In this document: positions 11,952-26,000 of the stretch, piece after piece
Layout of the letters: every line of letters begins with the position of its first letter
Numbering within the stretch: position 1 is the first letter of the stretch
Origin: an uncultured delta proteobacterium
GTDB taxonomy: Bacteria; Myxococcota_A; Polyangia; Fen-1088
DNA length: 64,000 bases
Assembly (NCBI GenBank): GCA_963767925.1
Contig: CAVYGB010000008.1
Coordinates: 1,024,001 to 1,088,000, forward strand
Reading direction: 5' to 3'
Notes under the pieces: generated by a model
The model's input: only the letters and a program-made list of their open reading frames with translations
Told to the model about the DNA's origin: nothing
The model's database searches: none
Position numbers and translations under genes: made by a program

Positions 11952-13667
11952 TCAGGGCGGAGCGCCGGCCCGGCGAGGCCGTTCCCGGCGGGCCTTGGTG
12001 GTCGCCGGCGCCGGCCTGGCCGGCGCGGCGGCGGCGGCGGCCTTGCGGCGGTAGACCAGCCAGGAGCCCTCGCTGGCGATCAGCTCGAGCCGGTCGAGAG
12101 AGGCTCCGAAGATGGGGCGGTTGGGCGGCAGGCGGACGAAGAAGTACTCGAAGAAGTCGATAGCCGACTCGGGCTGCAGGGCGCTCGGCGCCCAGGGGCT
12201 GAGGTCGGGCATGGGCCGGGGCGGAGTCAGGCGGCGGCAGGGCATGTGGCGCATGCCGCAGTAGAAGATGGGCACCATCGCCGTGCGCGCGGGACGCAGC
12301 ACCGGGTAGAGGCTCGGCAACCCCACCAGCGCGGACTCGATGCGCATGACCCGGGAGTGCCGATCGAACACCAGCCCCAGGGCCCGACCGCCCGGTGGGG
12401 TGCGGGCCACCACCGCATCGAAGTCGGCGACCTCCTCGTCGTAGAGCCGGTAGTGCTGGAAGAGCTCGAGGCCGTAATACAGCGAGACAACCAGCGCCGG
12501 CAGGAGCAACAAGGGGCGGGAAGGGCCCTGCAGCCGCCGCAGCGCCGCCGGCACCAGCAGCAGCGCGGTGGCCACCGCCAGCACCGAGAAGCGCGGGTGG
12601 AAGGTCATCAGCTCGTATTCGGGCAGATGGTGGGGAAAGACGAGGTAGGCGAGCAGGGCGCCCAGGAAGGTGATGGTGCCGGCCACCCGCAGCCGGGGCC
12701 GGGGCGTCTCCGGGCGATCCGGCTCGAGCAGCCCCACCAGCCCGAGCAGCAGATAGCCGGCCAGCACCAGCAGCAGCGCCTTGCCCACCACCACGTCGAC
12801 CTGGTCGGTGAACCCGCGCAGCAGGTGGGCGGGCAGGAGCTCGAGGCGGGTCAAGAGGTCCTGGCTCAGGCTGTGGTTGCCCATGTCGGCGCGGCGCTTG
12901 GCCCAGAGCAGCTCCCAGGCGTAGGCCAGGGTCTTGCGCGCGGCCGGCTCCGGTCCGGCGAAGTCGCTCGAGAGGTGCCAGCGCGCCAGCAGGAACAGCG
13001 CCGGGGCGAAGGTGGCGGCCGCCAGCAGCCGGCGCCGCCAGGAGGCCCGGGCGAAGGCGACGAAGGCCACCGCCGCGCAGACCCCGTAGAGGAAGTTCTG
13101 CAGGTGACAGAGAAAGAGCAGGACCGCCGCCAGGGCGGTCGCCACCGCCAGGCCGAGCTTGGCCCGGGGCTCGGTGAGGAAGCGGGCCAGGCAGGCGAGC
13201 AGGGCCATCAGCACCGGCAAGGAGAGGGCGAAGGTGACGAACCCGTAGTGCAACGTCAGGTTGTAGGCGAGGGGAAAGGCGAGCAGGGCGGGCAGGCGGC
13301 TGCGCCCGCAGGCCGAGAGGAGGAAGGCGGTGGCCAGGGGAAAGGCGGTCACGTAGAGCCCCACCACGACCTTGTGCGCGGCCATGAGCGGCAGCACGCC
13401 GGCAAGGACCCGCAGGGTCAGGTAGTGGGCCGCGTAGGGGGCGACGCCCAGCCCGCCATCGTAGTAGGGCGCGTAGGGGCTGGCGGCGTCCGCCGCCTTG
13501 CCCAGCATGTCGGCCATCGCCAGGTGAAAGGGGAGATCGAGCCCCGGCAGATACCGGGTCGCCAGCAAGGGCGCCAGGTAGAGCGGCAACAGGAGCAGGA
13601 ACCCGAACCCGAAGAGACGTGCGTCGGGGTCGAGGCGACGCCACTGGGCAACCGCCCGCATCGTCAC
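11952..13667 (-). CDS. Polytopic membrane protein, possibly a GT-C-type glycosyltransferase
   Basis: About 10-11 hydrophobic helices; Asp in first loop (PGLDLPFH); soluble C-terminal domain. Confidence 0.55.
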   Translation of the reverse strand: MTMRAVAQWRRLDPDARLFGFGFLLLLPLYLAPLLATRYLPGLDLPFHLAMADMLGKAADAASPYAPYYDGGLGVAPYAAHYLTLRVLAGVLPLMAAHKVVVGLYVTAFPLATAFLLSACGRSRLPALLAFPLAYNLTLHYGFVTFALSLPVLMALLACLARFLTEPRAKLGLAVATALAAVLLFLCHLQNFLYGVCAAVAFVAFARASWRRRLLAAATFAPALFLLARWHLSSDFAGPEPAARKTLAYAWELLWAKRRADMGNHSLSQDLLTRLELLPAHLLRGFTDQVDVVVGKALLLVLAGYLLLGLVGLLEPDRPETPRPRLRVAGTITFLGALLAYLVFPHHLPEYELMTFHPRFSVLAVATALLLVPAALRRLQGPSRPLLLLPALVVSLYYGLELFQHYRLYDEEVADFDAVVARTPPGGRALGLVFDRHSRVMRIESALVGLPSLYPVLRPARTAMVPIFYCGMRHMPCRRLTPPRPMPDLSPWAPSALQPESAIDFFEYFFVRLPPNRPIFGASLDRLELIASEGSWLVYRRKAAAAAAPARPAPATTKARRERPRRAGAPP

Positions 13668-13677
13668 CGGGTCGGGC

Positions 13678-15789
<2,112 letters not shown>

Positions 15790-15877
15790 GTCTCCCGTAA
15801 CCAGTAGCACGGGCTCGCTTGCAGGTCGAAACCAGGGCGCTTGCTGGCCGCGGGCTCCGGTCCTAATCTATCGGACC

Positions 15878-16048
15878 ATGCCACTTTCCCGTGAGCTCAT
15901 CGAGCTGCTCGCCTGCCCCAAGTGCCGGGGGAAGCTCGACCTGCGCGCCGACGAGAGCGCGTTTTCGTGTGGGCGCTGCAGGCTCGTCTACGCGGTGGTG
16001 GACGAGATCCCGAACTTCATCATCGAGGAGGCCAAGCCGCTCGAGTGA
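15878..16048 (+). CDS. Trm112/YcaR family protein
   Basis: LIELLACPKCRGKL...CGRC.LVYAVVDEIPNFIIEEA. Confidence 0.9.
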   Translation: MPLSRELIELLACPKCRGKLDLRADESAFSCGRCRLVYAVVDEIPNFIIEEAKPLE

Positions 16049-16160
16049 TCCGGTCCCCGCGCGCCGGTCGCCGCGCGGCGTAACACCGTCGGAGGGTGGC
16101 CTACCCGGAAGCCCGCAGGTTTTTTGCCTGCTCCCGGGACTGGACCTAGACTCGCCGACC

Positions 16161-16538
16161 ATGGCCGTGGACCGCCGACGAAGTGAACGGGAGCGCCGGG
16201 CCGCTCTGCGCGTGCCGGCGGTCTTCGCCGTGAAGTGCGTGGTCGGCGATTGCATGCAGCTCGGCCAGGCCGAGGACGTCGGCCCGGGCGGCCTGACGAT
16301 GCGCCGGCCCGAAGACCTGCCTCTGGCCCCGGGGGCCGGCGTCTCCCTGACCTTCGGCCTGCCCGGCGAGCCTGCCCTTGTGGCCACCCACGGCGTCGTG
16401 GTCAGCGACAACCTGGTCGGCTCCTGCCGGCGCACCGGGGTGAGGTTCCTGGCGCTCCCGGCTGACGAGGAGCATCAGATAGCAGCCTTCTGCCGGATCG
16501 CGCTAGCCGATCTCTTCCCGGAAGCCAGCGTCGCCTAG
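16161..16538 (+). CDS. PilZ domain protein
   Basis: RxxxR (RAALR) and D-x-G-x-G-G variant of the DxSxxG motif; GVRF near the C-terminus. Confidence 0.8.
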   Translation: MAVDRRRSERERRAALRVPAVFAVKCVVGDCMQLGQAEDVGPGGLTMRRPEDLPLAPGAGVSLTFGLPGEPALVATHGVVVSDNLVGSCRRTGVRFLALPADEEHQIAAFCRIALADLFPEASVA

Positions 16539-16619
16539 CAGGCCAGTGCGGCTTGCACCGGCCGCCGCCCCCCCGCTATACAGGTGCCGGCGCCCCCGCT
16601 GCCTGACTGCGGAAGAGAC

Positions 16620-17486
<867 letters not shown>

Positions 17487-17494
17487 GCTGCCCC

Positions 17495-18730
17495 ATGGGC
17501 GAGGGCGCGGCCTACGAGCGGATGCTCGCCCGCCTGGAGGGCACCCGTGTTCTGGGCGTGGAGCTGGGCCTGGGACCGATGCGGGCGGCGCTGGCGGGGC
17601 TGGGCGGGCCGGAGCAGCGGCTGCGGGCGCTCCATATCGCCGGGACCAACGGCAAGGGCTCGACGGCGGCGATGACCGAGGCGATCTTGCGGGCCGCCGG
17701 TCTGCACACGGGCCTCTTCACCTCCCCGCACCTGGCTCGCTTTACCGAACGGATCCGCCTCGACGGGCGCGAGGTGCCCGGGGACGAGTTGGCCCGCCTC
17801 GACGCGCGCGTCGTGGCCACCGGCGTGGCGCTCACCTACTTCGAGGTGGCGACCGCCCTGGCCTTCCTGGCGATGGACCAAGCCCGGGTCGACGTCGCGA
17901 TCCTGGAGGTCGGCCTGGGTGGGCGGCTCGACGCCACCAACGTCTGCCAGTCGGTGGCCACGGCCATCACGAGCATCGGCTTCGACCACACCGACCTCCT
18001 GGGCAACACCTTGACCGCGATCGCCGGTGAGAAGGCGGGGATCGCCAGGCCGGGGGTGCCGCTGCTGCTGGGCGCCCTGCCGGCCGAGGCGGCGGCCGAG
18101 GTCGGGCGGGTGGCGGCGGCGGTGGGCGCCCCGCTCGCGCGCCTGGGCCAGGAGATCCAGCCGGCCCCGGTGTCGCCCGCCCTCGCTGGCCCTCACCAGG
18201 AAGGGAACGCCGCCCTGGCGGTGGCGCTGGCCCGGCTGGGGGCAACCGCCTGCGGCCGCTCCCTGACCGAGGGTGAGGTGGTGGCCGGCCTGCGGGGGGT
18301 GATCTGGCCCGGGCGCCTCGAAGCCGTCGCCCCCGACGTCCTGCTCGACGCGGCCCACAACCTCGAGGGGGTCGAAGTCCTGCTGGGGGCCCTGCCCGCG
18401 GTCCGGCCCCGGGCCCTGCTGTTCGCTGTCGTGCGGGGAAAGCCGGCGCCGGCCATGCTGGCCCGGCTGGCGCCCTGGTTCGATTCGGTGTGGCTCACCC
18501 GCTCGCACAACCCGCGCTCGATCGCGCCGGCCGGTCTGGCGGCCCACGCCGGGGGGACGCCGGTCCAGGTGGTTGACGACCCGCTGGTGGCGCTGGTGGG
18601 CGCCCGGACGGCGGTGGCCCCGGGGGGGCAGGTGGTTGTGTGCGGCTCGATGTTCCTGGTCGGTGAGATTCGGGCGCACATCCTGGGCGAGCCCGTCGAT
18701 CCCATCCTTTCCGGTGATCCGCTGCCCTGA
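17495..18730 (+). CDS. folC: Folylpolyglutamate synthase/dihydrofolate synthase
   Basis: HIAGTNGKGST, FTSPHL, EVGLGGRLDATN, WPGRLE and DAAHN motifs; conserved accD-folC order. Confidence 0.95.
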   Translation: MGEGAAYERMLARLEGTRVLGVELGLGPMRAALAGLGGPEQRLRALHIAGTNGKGSTAAMTEAILRAAGLHTGLFTSPHLARFTERIRLDGREVPGDELARLDARVVATGVALTYFEVATALAFLAMDQARVDVAILEVGLGGRLDATNVCQSVATAITSIGFDHTDLLGNTLTAIAGEKAGIARPGVPLLLGALPAEAAAEVGRVAAAVGAPLARLGQEIQPAPVSPALAGPHQEGNAALAVALARLGATACGRSLTEGEVVAGLRGVIWPGRLEAVAPDVLLDAAHNLEGVEVLLGALPAVRPRALLFAVVRGKPAPAMLARLAPWFDSVWLTRSHNPRSIAPAGLAAHAGGTPVQVVDDPLVALVGARTAVAPGGQVVVCGSMFLVGEIRAHILGEPVDPILSGDPLP

Positions 18731-18733
18731 AAC

Positions 18734-19396
18734 GTGAGGCTCTCTCGAGGATCTGCCGATGTCGAAGGCGGAGGGCTAGGATCCTTGAACATCGCGAACG
18801 TCGCGTCATTGGCAGGGCTGTCGTTGTTTGTCGCGCAGGTTGCTTCGGCCCAGGACGAGCCGCCGCTGCCCGCGCCGGGGCCATACCAGGGGGTGGTCCC
18901 GGGCACCGGCGCGCGCAACCCGCTGCCGCATCCACGCTCCGACCCGCCCCGGCTGATCTGGACCGGCTTCAAGATGGCGGGCGAACGCTCGGAGATCTTC
19001 CTGCAGACCACCCGGCCAGTGACCCACGAGCTGGGGCCCGCGGGCAAGGTGGCCCCGAAGCCAGGCGCCCTGTCGGTCGTCCTGCGCAATTGCCGGATCC
19101 ACCTCAAGAACAACGCCCGCCGCATCGACACCCGCTTCTTCGCCACCCCGGTGCAGGGGGTCTCGGCCCGCCAGCGGCGCCGGGACGTCGAGATCAGCAT
19201 CGCCCTCAAGGACGCCGCCGCGCCCGACGTGCGGGTCGATCCCGGCCCCGACGGCACCCAGTTCGTCGTCCTCTCGTTCGGCCCCGGCCGGGCCGAGCGC
19301 GCCGCGGTCGCCCCGGGCGCAGCACCCGAGCCCACCCCGGCGGACCCCGAGCCGACCGGCCCCCCGTCGCTGAGCCCGCCCAGCCTGAGCCCCTGA
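18734..19396 (+). CDS. Secreted protein, possible AMIN-like domain
   Basis: Signal peptide ending ASA-Q; beta-rich core; Pro-rich termini. Start uncertain. Confidence 0.55.
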   Translation: MRLSRGSADVEGGGLGSLNIANVASLAGLSLFVAQVASAQDEPPLPAPGPYQGVVPGTGARNPLPHPRSDPPRLIWTGFKMAGERSEIFLQTTRPVTHELGPAGKVAPKPGALSVVLRNCRIHLKNNARRIDTRFFATPVQGVSARQRRRDVEISIALKDAAAPDVRVDPGPDGTQFVVLSFGPGRAERAAVAPGAAPEPTPADPEPTGPPSLSPPSLSP

Positions 19397-19444
19397 TCGC
19401 GCCCGCCCCCCGGGCGGCTCGCTCGACCCTCCGCTGCCCGTTTG

Positions 19445-19565
19445 CCCTCTCCTGCGGCCGTCTTTGGCCGTGGGAGAGGGAAAGGGTGAGGGCGCTTGCC
19501 GGCCCGGCTGGGACCAGTCGAAGGAGTCGGGTTCCGCTTCGCTCGTGCGGGTTCCGCTTCGCTCG
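19445..19565. repeat. Intergenic REP/boxC-like mosaic element
   Basis: CCCTCTCC...GGAGAGGG hairpin followed by AAAGGGTGAGGG (19445-19492); two copies of the 18-bp CGGGTTCCGCTTCGCTCG (19528-19545, 19548-19565). Confidence 0.6.
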
Positions 19566-19572
19566 GGCCCGA

Positions 19573-21627
19573 CTAGCGCGAGCGCCGGATCTCGCTGGCC
19601 GGGAAGGCCGCCCAGGGCTGGCAGGCGATGGTCGAGTCGACGACGACGTTGGGCCGGCTGGCGGTCTGGGTCCCCGTGCAGTTGGGGATGGCAGGGCGAC
19701 CGGCGCCGCACTCGTTGCCCTGGCCGTCCTTGTCCACGCAGACCCGCAGGGGTCGGGACACCTGCAGGTTGCCGAGCGTATCGGCCACCGCCACCGCCAG
19801 GCAGACCCAGCCGTCCTCGACGTGGTTGCCGAGGGTGTCGAACTGCCGTCCCACACATTGCAGGTTGTCGGTCACGACCGGGGGGATGCCATAGATCGCC
19901 GGCGTGGTGGTGCTCGCGTAGTAGAGGACCTCGGTGAGGTTGCTGGTGATGCAGCGGAGATCCGGCGGGTTATCGGAATCGCCGTGCTCACAGATGCCGG
20001 TCACGCCGCCGCCGGGCCTGAAGTCGCTGTCGCCGGCCGGGGGGATGGGCACCAGGTTCACCAGGAGGGCGTCTCCCGAGGACATCGGGGTGGTGGTCGG
20101 GGTGAGGAGCGGGTTGACCGAGTCGCAGAGGCCGTCTCCGTTCGTGTCGACGACCAGCGCCTTGGTCGTGTCGTTGAGGATGAGGAGCTGTGCCCTCGTG
20201 TTGTCGATGCCGGCGATGGGGGTAAAGTCGGTGCCGCCGAACAGAGGTTCGTTGCCCTGATCCTCGATCCGGGCCCGGACGTCGAAGAGCTGATTCACGT
20301 TTTCGCCGTCGTCGACCGCATCGCTGCCCAGGGGGTCGAAGGTGTTGCTGCAGCGTTCGACCCGGTTGACGTTCCTGATCATCCGGAAGTTGGTGGGGGG
20401 ATCGAGATCGGCCAGGGGCGGGGTGTTGTCCAGCGACACGAGGTAACCCACCGAGGACTGGTTGCCGAGGACATCGGAGGCCCGGAAGGAGATGCTGGGA
20501 AACAGGGCGTTGACCGGCAGGCGGGCGGTGTCGAACAGCGCCTGGTAGGCCATCGATGACGATCCGACGGCCGGTGGCTCGAGCTTGACCTCGAACATCT
20601 TGTCGCCGTGGGCGATGACCGCCACCACCGAGGACTCCAGGACCCCGGCCGGATCGTTGACCTCGGCGGAGATGGTGATGACCCGGCCGATGAGCGCGCC
20701 GGTCTCGGGGACGGTGGCGCTGATGACGGGGCCGTCGTTGTCGCTGATGAACCTCTGGCGCGCCACCGCCTCGGTGCCATTGACGTTGGACGCCCGCACG
20801 GTGAGGAGTTGGTCGCCGTCCAGGGGCGGGTCGAAGCCGTCGAACTGTATGGTGCCGCTGTACTGATTGTTGGACGGGCCGCTGAAGGTCAGGGCCTGCT
20901 GCCCCAGGAACATCGAGACCTGCTGGACGGGCCCGAACATGGGGTCGGTGACCGTGACGTTGATGGTGACCGCGTCGCGGTAGTACTGGTTCTCCTCGGG
21001 AGAGTCGATGCGGATCACCGGGCCGGCGTCGATGCGGAAGACCCTGGTCACCGATTCCATGTCGCCTCCTCTGGTGCGGGCGTTGATCTCCAGCTCGTAC
21101 ATCCCACTCGCCAGCTTGGCGATGTCGAGGGGGGTGTCGCTGAAGTGGTGGATTTTGGTGGGCGTCTCCGGCACCGACTCCAGGCCGGTCTCCTTGAGCT
21201 CAGCCGACGTCTCAACGGTCGTGCTGCCCGCCTTCCTCACGCTGGCCGTCACCCCGCTGAGGGTGTCGGGGGCGGCGTCGCTCGACGAATCGCTGGTGAC
21301 GGTGACGTCGACTTTGGGGGTGAAGCGAGTGGCCGCCACCCGGATCTCGTTTGCCGCCGGGCTCGCGATCACAATCGTCAGGTTGAGCGTGTCGTGGGCC
21401 CCGTCTCCACCCCCGTCGTCAACCGCCCCATCGTCGCCGGCCTCGCCCGACCCGTCGCCGACGTCGCCGGAGATGCGGTCGCCGCTCGAGTCGGTGACGA
21501 CGCGTTCGGGCAGGCCCCCGTCGTTGGTCGGGGGAACGGGGTAGTCATCGCCGCCGCCGCATCCGATCGACAGCACCAGGAGCACGGACAGCAGCAGCCG
21601 CTGCGAGCGAGCTTTCTCTCGATTCAC
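19573..21627 (-). CDS. Lipoprotein with tandem Ig-like domains and Cys-rich C-terminus
   Basis: Lipobox SIGC; repeated D..GP.I..P / D..GN Ig-like motifs; Ca-binding-like DTNGDG. Confidence 0.75.
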   Translation of the reverse strand: MNREKARSQRLLLSVLLVLSIGCGGGDDYPVPPTNDGGLPERVVTDSSGDRISGDVGDGSGEAGDDGAVDDGGGDGAHDTLNLTIVIASPAANEIRVAATRFTPKVDVTVTSDSSSDAAPDTLSGVTASVRKAGSTTVETSAELKETGLESVPETPTKIHHFSDTPLDIAKLASGMYELEINARTRGGDMESVTRVFRIDAGPVIRIDSPEENQYYRDAVTINVTVTDPMFGPVQQVSMFLGQQALTFSGPSNNQYSGTIQFDGFDPPLDGDQLLTVRASNVNGTEAVARQRFISDNDGPVISATVPETGALIGRVITISAEVNDPAGVLESSVVAVIAHGDKMFEVKLEPPAVGSSSMAYQALFDTARLPVNALFPSISFRASDVLGNQSSVGYLVSLDNTPPLADLDPPTNFRMIRNVNRVERCSNTFDPLGSDAVDDGENVNQLFDVRARIEDQGNEPLFGGTDFTPIAGIDNTRAQLLILNDTTKALVVDTNGDGLCDSVNPLLTPTTTPMSSGDALLVNLVPIPPAGDSDFRPGGGVTGICEHGDSDNPPDLRCITSNLTEVLYYASTTTPAIYGIPPVVTDNLQCVGRQFDTLGNHVEDGWVCLAVAVADTLGNLQVSRPLRVCVDKDGQGNECGAGRPAIPNCTGTQTASRPNVVVDSTIACQPWAAFPASEIRRSR

Positions 21628-21751
21628 CAGGTTCCTCCCGCTGATACAGCAGAGGATTCTCGGCAGTTCAGCCGGAAAACTGGCGTGGCCCGACCGGTCC
21701 CCGATCAGGGCCGGGCCGGCACACCTTGCCCTACGGCGGCGGCGGTGGGGC

Positions 21752-23020
21752 TCAGACCTCGGTCGCGCCCTTGAGCACGGCCTTTATGTCGGCGATCCCC
21801 ACGCCCGGTCCGGTCGGCACGCTCATCTTGCCGTCCTTGACGCGAATCGGAGTATCAAACCAGCCGTTGTATTTCTCGATCCCCAGCTTGTACTCCTGGT
21901 AGCGGCCGATGTCGGGCACCGCCGAGGCGAAGTGCAACATGTAGACGAACCCGAAGCCGCCCGACAGGTGCACCGTGGTGGGCATCTTCGCGAGCTGGGC
22001 CATGCGCGCCACCCGCACCGCCCGGATCATGCCGCCATAGTAGTGGAGGTCCGGCTGGACGATGTCGACCCCCCGGTTGAGGATCATCCAGCGGAAGCGC
22101 CAGTCGCTGTACTCCTGCTCGCCCCCCGCCACCGGGATGGTGAGCTTGTCGGCCACCTCTTTCGTCTCCTCCAGGTGGTCGAACTGGCAGGGCTCCTCGA
22201 AGTAGACCGCCTTGATGTCCTCGAGCATGCGCCCGACCTTGATGGCGTGGGCCGCGTCGTAGGAGCTGTTCGAGTCGGCGTGGATGTCGATGGCGTCGCC
22301 CAGGGTCTTGCGCACCAGGGGGATGAGCCTGTCGGTCCGGTTGGGCATCGAGTCGACGTTGAGGTTCATGCGTCCGCCCACCCGGAACTTCACCGCCTGG
22401 GCCCCGGACTGCTTGACCAGCCCCTGCAGCTTCTCGACCTCCTGCTCGGGCGTCGTGTCGCGGCTGCCGCTGGCCACGTAGATCGCCACCTCCTTGCGCA
22501 CGATGTCTCCCAGCAGGGCGCCCATCGGCTTGCGCGCCACCCGCCCCAGCAGGTCGAGGACGGCGAATTCGACCCAGGCCTGCGGCGACCAGAGGGCGAT
22601 CCCGTAGAGCTTGTAGTTGTCCCGCGCGCGGTAGAGCTCCCAGAGCAGCTTCTCGAGGTCGCGGGCGTCCTTGCCGATGAAGGTCGGGATGACGAGCTGC
22701 TTGAGGATCTTGTCGAGGTAGTCCGCCCGGGGCGGGTTGGCCAGCGAGATCCCCTCGGCGCCGTCCTTGGAGCGGACGTGGACGAAGTGGTCTCCGTCCT
22801 TCTTCAGGAAGCGGATGGAGTCGATGATGATGGGCGAGGTCAGCCCCTCGAGGCGCAACACCGGCTCGGCGGCGGCCCGATCCAGCTCCTCGCCGGTGGG
22901 ACGGCCCCGGCCACCCGCGCCGGGACGTTTGCTTTCGCGCTGCGCCTGGGCCGAAGCACCCAGCCCGATCGCGCCCAGCCCACCGGCACCCGCCAGAAAA
23001 CGACGACGGTCGAAGCGCAT
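21752..23020 (-). CDS. Mandelate racemase/muconate lactonizing enzyme family protein with Tat signal
   Basis: DRRRFL Tat motif; DLLGR..KPM..LLG, KFR, DSN, FEEP, GGE and VQPD motifs. Confidence 0.9.
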   Translation of the reverse strand: MRFDRRRFLAGAGGLGAIGLGASAQAQRESKRPGAGGRGRPTGEELDRAAAEPVLRLEGLTSPIIIDSIRFLKKDGDHFVHVRSKDGAEGISLANPPRADYLDKILKQLVIPTFIGKDARDLEKLLWELYRARDNYKLYGIALWSPQAWVEFAVLDLLGRVARKPMGALLGDIVRKEVAIYVASGSRDTTPEQEVEKLQGLVKQSGAQAVKFRVGGRMNLNVDSMPNRTDRLIPLVRKTLGDAIDIHADSNSSYDAAHAIKVGRMLEDIKAVYFEEPCQFDHLEETKEVADKLTIPVAGGEQEYSDWRFRWMILNRGVDIVQPDLHYYGGMIRAVRVARMAQLAKMPTTVHLSGGFGFVYMLHFASAVPDIGRYQEYKLGIEKYNGWFDTPIRVKDGKMSVPTGPGVGIADIKAVLKGATEV

Positions 23021-23052
23021 GGTTCACCTCCGGGGTTACAGAGGCCCCCCTT

Positions 23053-26000
23053 TTACCAGGTTCGCGTGTCGAGGCCGTAGCGGCGTTCGAAGCGGCGCCG
23101 GGGAGGGGGCTTGCCGTACCAGGAGGTCTGGGCGGCGGGCGCCGGCTCGAGCTGGAAGGGGATGAAGAGCAGCTTCAGGTAGCGGTTACGGCCGATCCGC
23201 TCGAACCCGAACAACCCCAGCAACGCCTCCCACATGTAGTCGCCCGGCCGCTTGACCGCAGATTCCCAGATGGGAAAGATGAAGAGCCGCGACGTGCCGG
23301 CCTCGGTGCCCAGCCCGGAGCGGTAATAGATGTTGGGGAAGACGTAACGGGCCACGTAGGTCGGCCGGCGAACTCCCACGAAAAACGGCACCAGGAGGGT
23401 GGTCCGCCGGTCGGGCCCCTTGAAGTCCCAGAACAGGGGGAAGGCCACCGTCGTCGAATCCTGAGGGCTCGAGCGCCGGTAGAACAGCAGCAGGGGCGCC
23501 ACGTTGTAGGCCGTCTGATCCTCCGCGGTCCAGTAGCGGAACAGCAGCGGGACGACCAGGGTCAGGCGGCTCTGGTGGAACCGGTGCACGTCGAACAGGA
23601 ACGGCAGCCCCAGCGTGGTGGTCGAGGTGATGCTGCGGTGGCGCCAGAACAGCAGCAGCCAGCCCTGCAGGCCCCGATCGGGCCGGCTGCGAGAGAAGTG
23701 CAGCAGGGGCGGGATCAGGCGGGTGTGGGTGTCGGTTGTCTTGTTGTGGTGGCTGAACCAGAGCGGCAGCACCATCGTGAAGCTGCTGGTGACGGAGCTC
23801 CGCCGGAAGACGTTGAGCGCGTACCACCAGCTCCGGTCGGGCTCGCGCCGGAAACCGAAGGGCAAGGTGAGGACGGTCTGCGAGCTGGGCCCGTGTTTCT
23901 CGTAAAACAGGGGCAAGACGGCGTGCGAGGCGGTGCGCTTCTCGTCGTCCCGGGAGTACCAGGCCAGCGGCATCAGGCCACGCGTGCGCTGACTTCCCTG
24001 GTTGGCCCAGTAGAGCGGCCCGACGAGGTTGGTCGAGGTGTTGGCCTCCCGATCCCGGAACATCCAGGCCACCGGGAACACGACGGTGTGGCTGCGACCC
24101 TTCTCGCGACCCGCCCAGAGCAGGGGGAAGAGGACCGTCGTGTGCCCCTCGGGGCGGGTGCTCCGGTAAAAGAGGAAGGCAGCGAACAGCTGGCTGGTGC
24201 GCTCCTTGAAGTTCTCCCGGCGGTAAAACAGGGGGGTGGCCAGGAACCGCCGCTCGCTGCTGTGGGCGTAGAAGTAGAGCGGAACCAGGCCGGTGGCGAA
24301 GCCCTCCGGACGCTTGCGCCGGTACCAGGGACCCACCACCGCCATGCTGTGGCTGGGCGACCGCGAGTACCAGAACAGGGGTAGCAGGGTGTCGAGGGCG
24401 TACCCCGCGCTCGGTCCGGCGTGCACCCGGCGGTGGAAGAAGGTGGGGAACACCCAGGTCCCCCGTTCCCGCTCGTCGCTGTAGCGGCCGAACACCGGGA
24501 AGAGCACGCGGGCCTTCGAGCGGGGCGTGTCGACGTTGACCCAGGGGCCGAAGATGCGGGTCCGCTCGCCGGTGTCGAGGCGCGTGATGTCGAACCAGAC
24601 CGGAGGCACCCCGCTGGCCGCCACCGCCTTGTCCCGGTACCAGAAGTAGGGCGGGATGAACCCCACCTTCGTGTTGGGGGTGCGGGCCGCCACCGCGATG
24701 GGGCTGGCGAAGATCCGCGTGTCCTCGGTGCGGCGGTAGTGGACCAGCGGGAAGAGGGTGAAGCTGGTCTCGGGCTTTCCGCCCGGGCGGGTCCCCCGCC
24801 GGAAGTGCAGCAGCGGGAACAGGGCGTGGGTCGTCTCCTGTCCGTGCCGGCGGTAGAGGTAGTTCAGGACCACCGTGGAGGAGCGGTCGATCCGGTCGTC
24901 GCGAAAGCGCCAGAGCAGCGGGAAGACCACGAAGTGGCCGTGGTCGCTCCAGTTGGCGGCAAACAGGAAGGGGAACAGGCCGACGGAGAAGCCGCGGGGC
25001 CCCGAGCGCAGGAACAGCGGCGGCACCACCGTGGTGGCGATCCCGCTCTTGCCGTCGGAGAACCGCCAGAACAGGGGGAACTGCACGTGGTAGCGATCGT
25101 CTCGCTCGCGCCCCTGGAAATACAGGAGGGGCGGGATCCCCATCGCGACCTTGTTCTTGTTGGCGAACCGGAAGAAGAAGGGGGCCGCCACCGTGGCGCT
25201 GCCCTCCCGATCGCGGAAGTGCCACAGCAGGGGGAACAGCACCCCATGGCCCCGGTCGGCCCGGCGCCCGAAGAACGCCAGCGGGAACAGGCCTCCGGCC
25301 CAGCCCCCCTCGGTGTAGCGCCGGTAGTAGCCCCAGAGGGGGAAGACGCCCGCGGCGGTCAGGGTCTGGTCGGGGTTGCTGCGGCGAAAATACAGGGGCA
25401 GCAGGGTGTGGGCGGTGGCGCCATTGGCCGTGTCCCGGAAGTGCCAGAACAGCGGGAACAGCGTGGTGGTGGAGCCCTCGGGATCCTGGCGCCGGTAAAA
25501 GGGGCCCAGCAGGTGGGTGGTGGCGCCGTCGGCGGGGTCGCGGTAGCGCCAGTACAGGCCCAGCACGACGTCGAGCTCGCGCCGGGGATCACGGCGGTGC
25601 ACGATGGGCGGGAGCAGCACGGTGAGGGTCCGCGTCTCCCGATCGTCGTCGCGCCGGTAGCCGCCCAGCGGGGTGACCCAGAAGAAGGTGCGCCCCCCCT
25701 CGCCGGTCCGGGAAAAATACAGCGGGAAGAGCAGCCGCCAGGCCGTGCCTCGCTGCGGATCGCGTCCCGACCAGTAGACCGGAAACAGGGTGGTCAGGGC
25801 GTAGGAGCGGCGCCGCAGGTGCAGGAACGGCGGCACCACCGTTGTGTTCGACTCGGACGAGCGGAAGCTCCAGAACGCCGGGAAGACGACGTCGTAGGCC
25901 GACCCGTTGGTCTTGCGTCCGAACCAGTACAGCCAGCCCACCGCGCCCCGGCGGTTGCCCCCGTCGCGGGAGAAGTAGCCGAGCGGCGAGCCGAGGGTGC

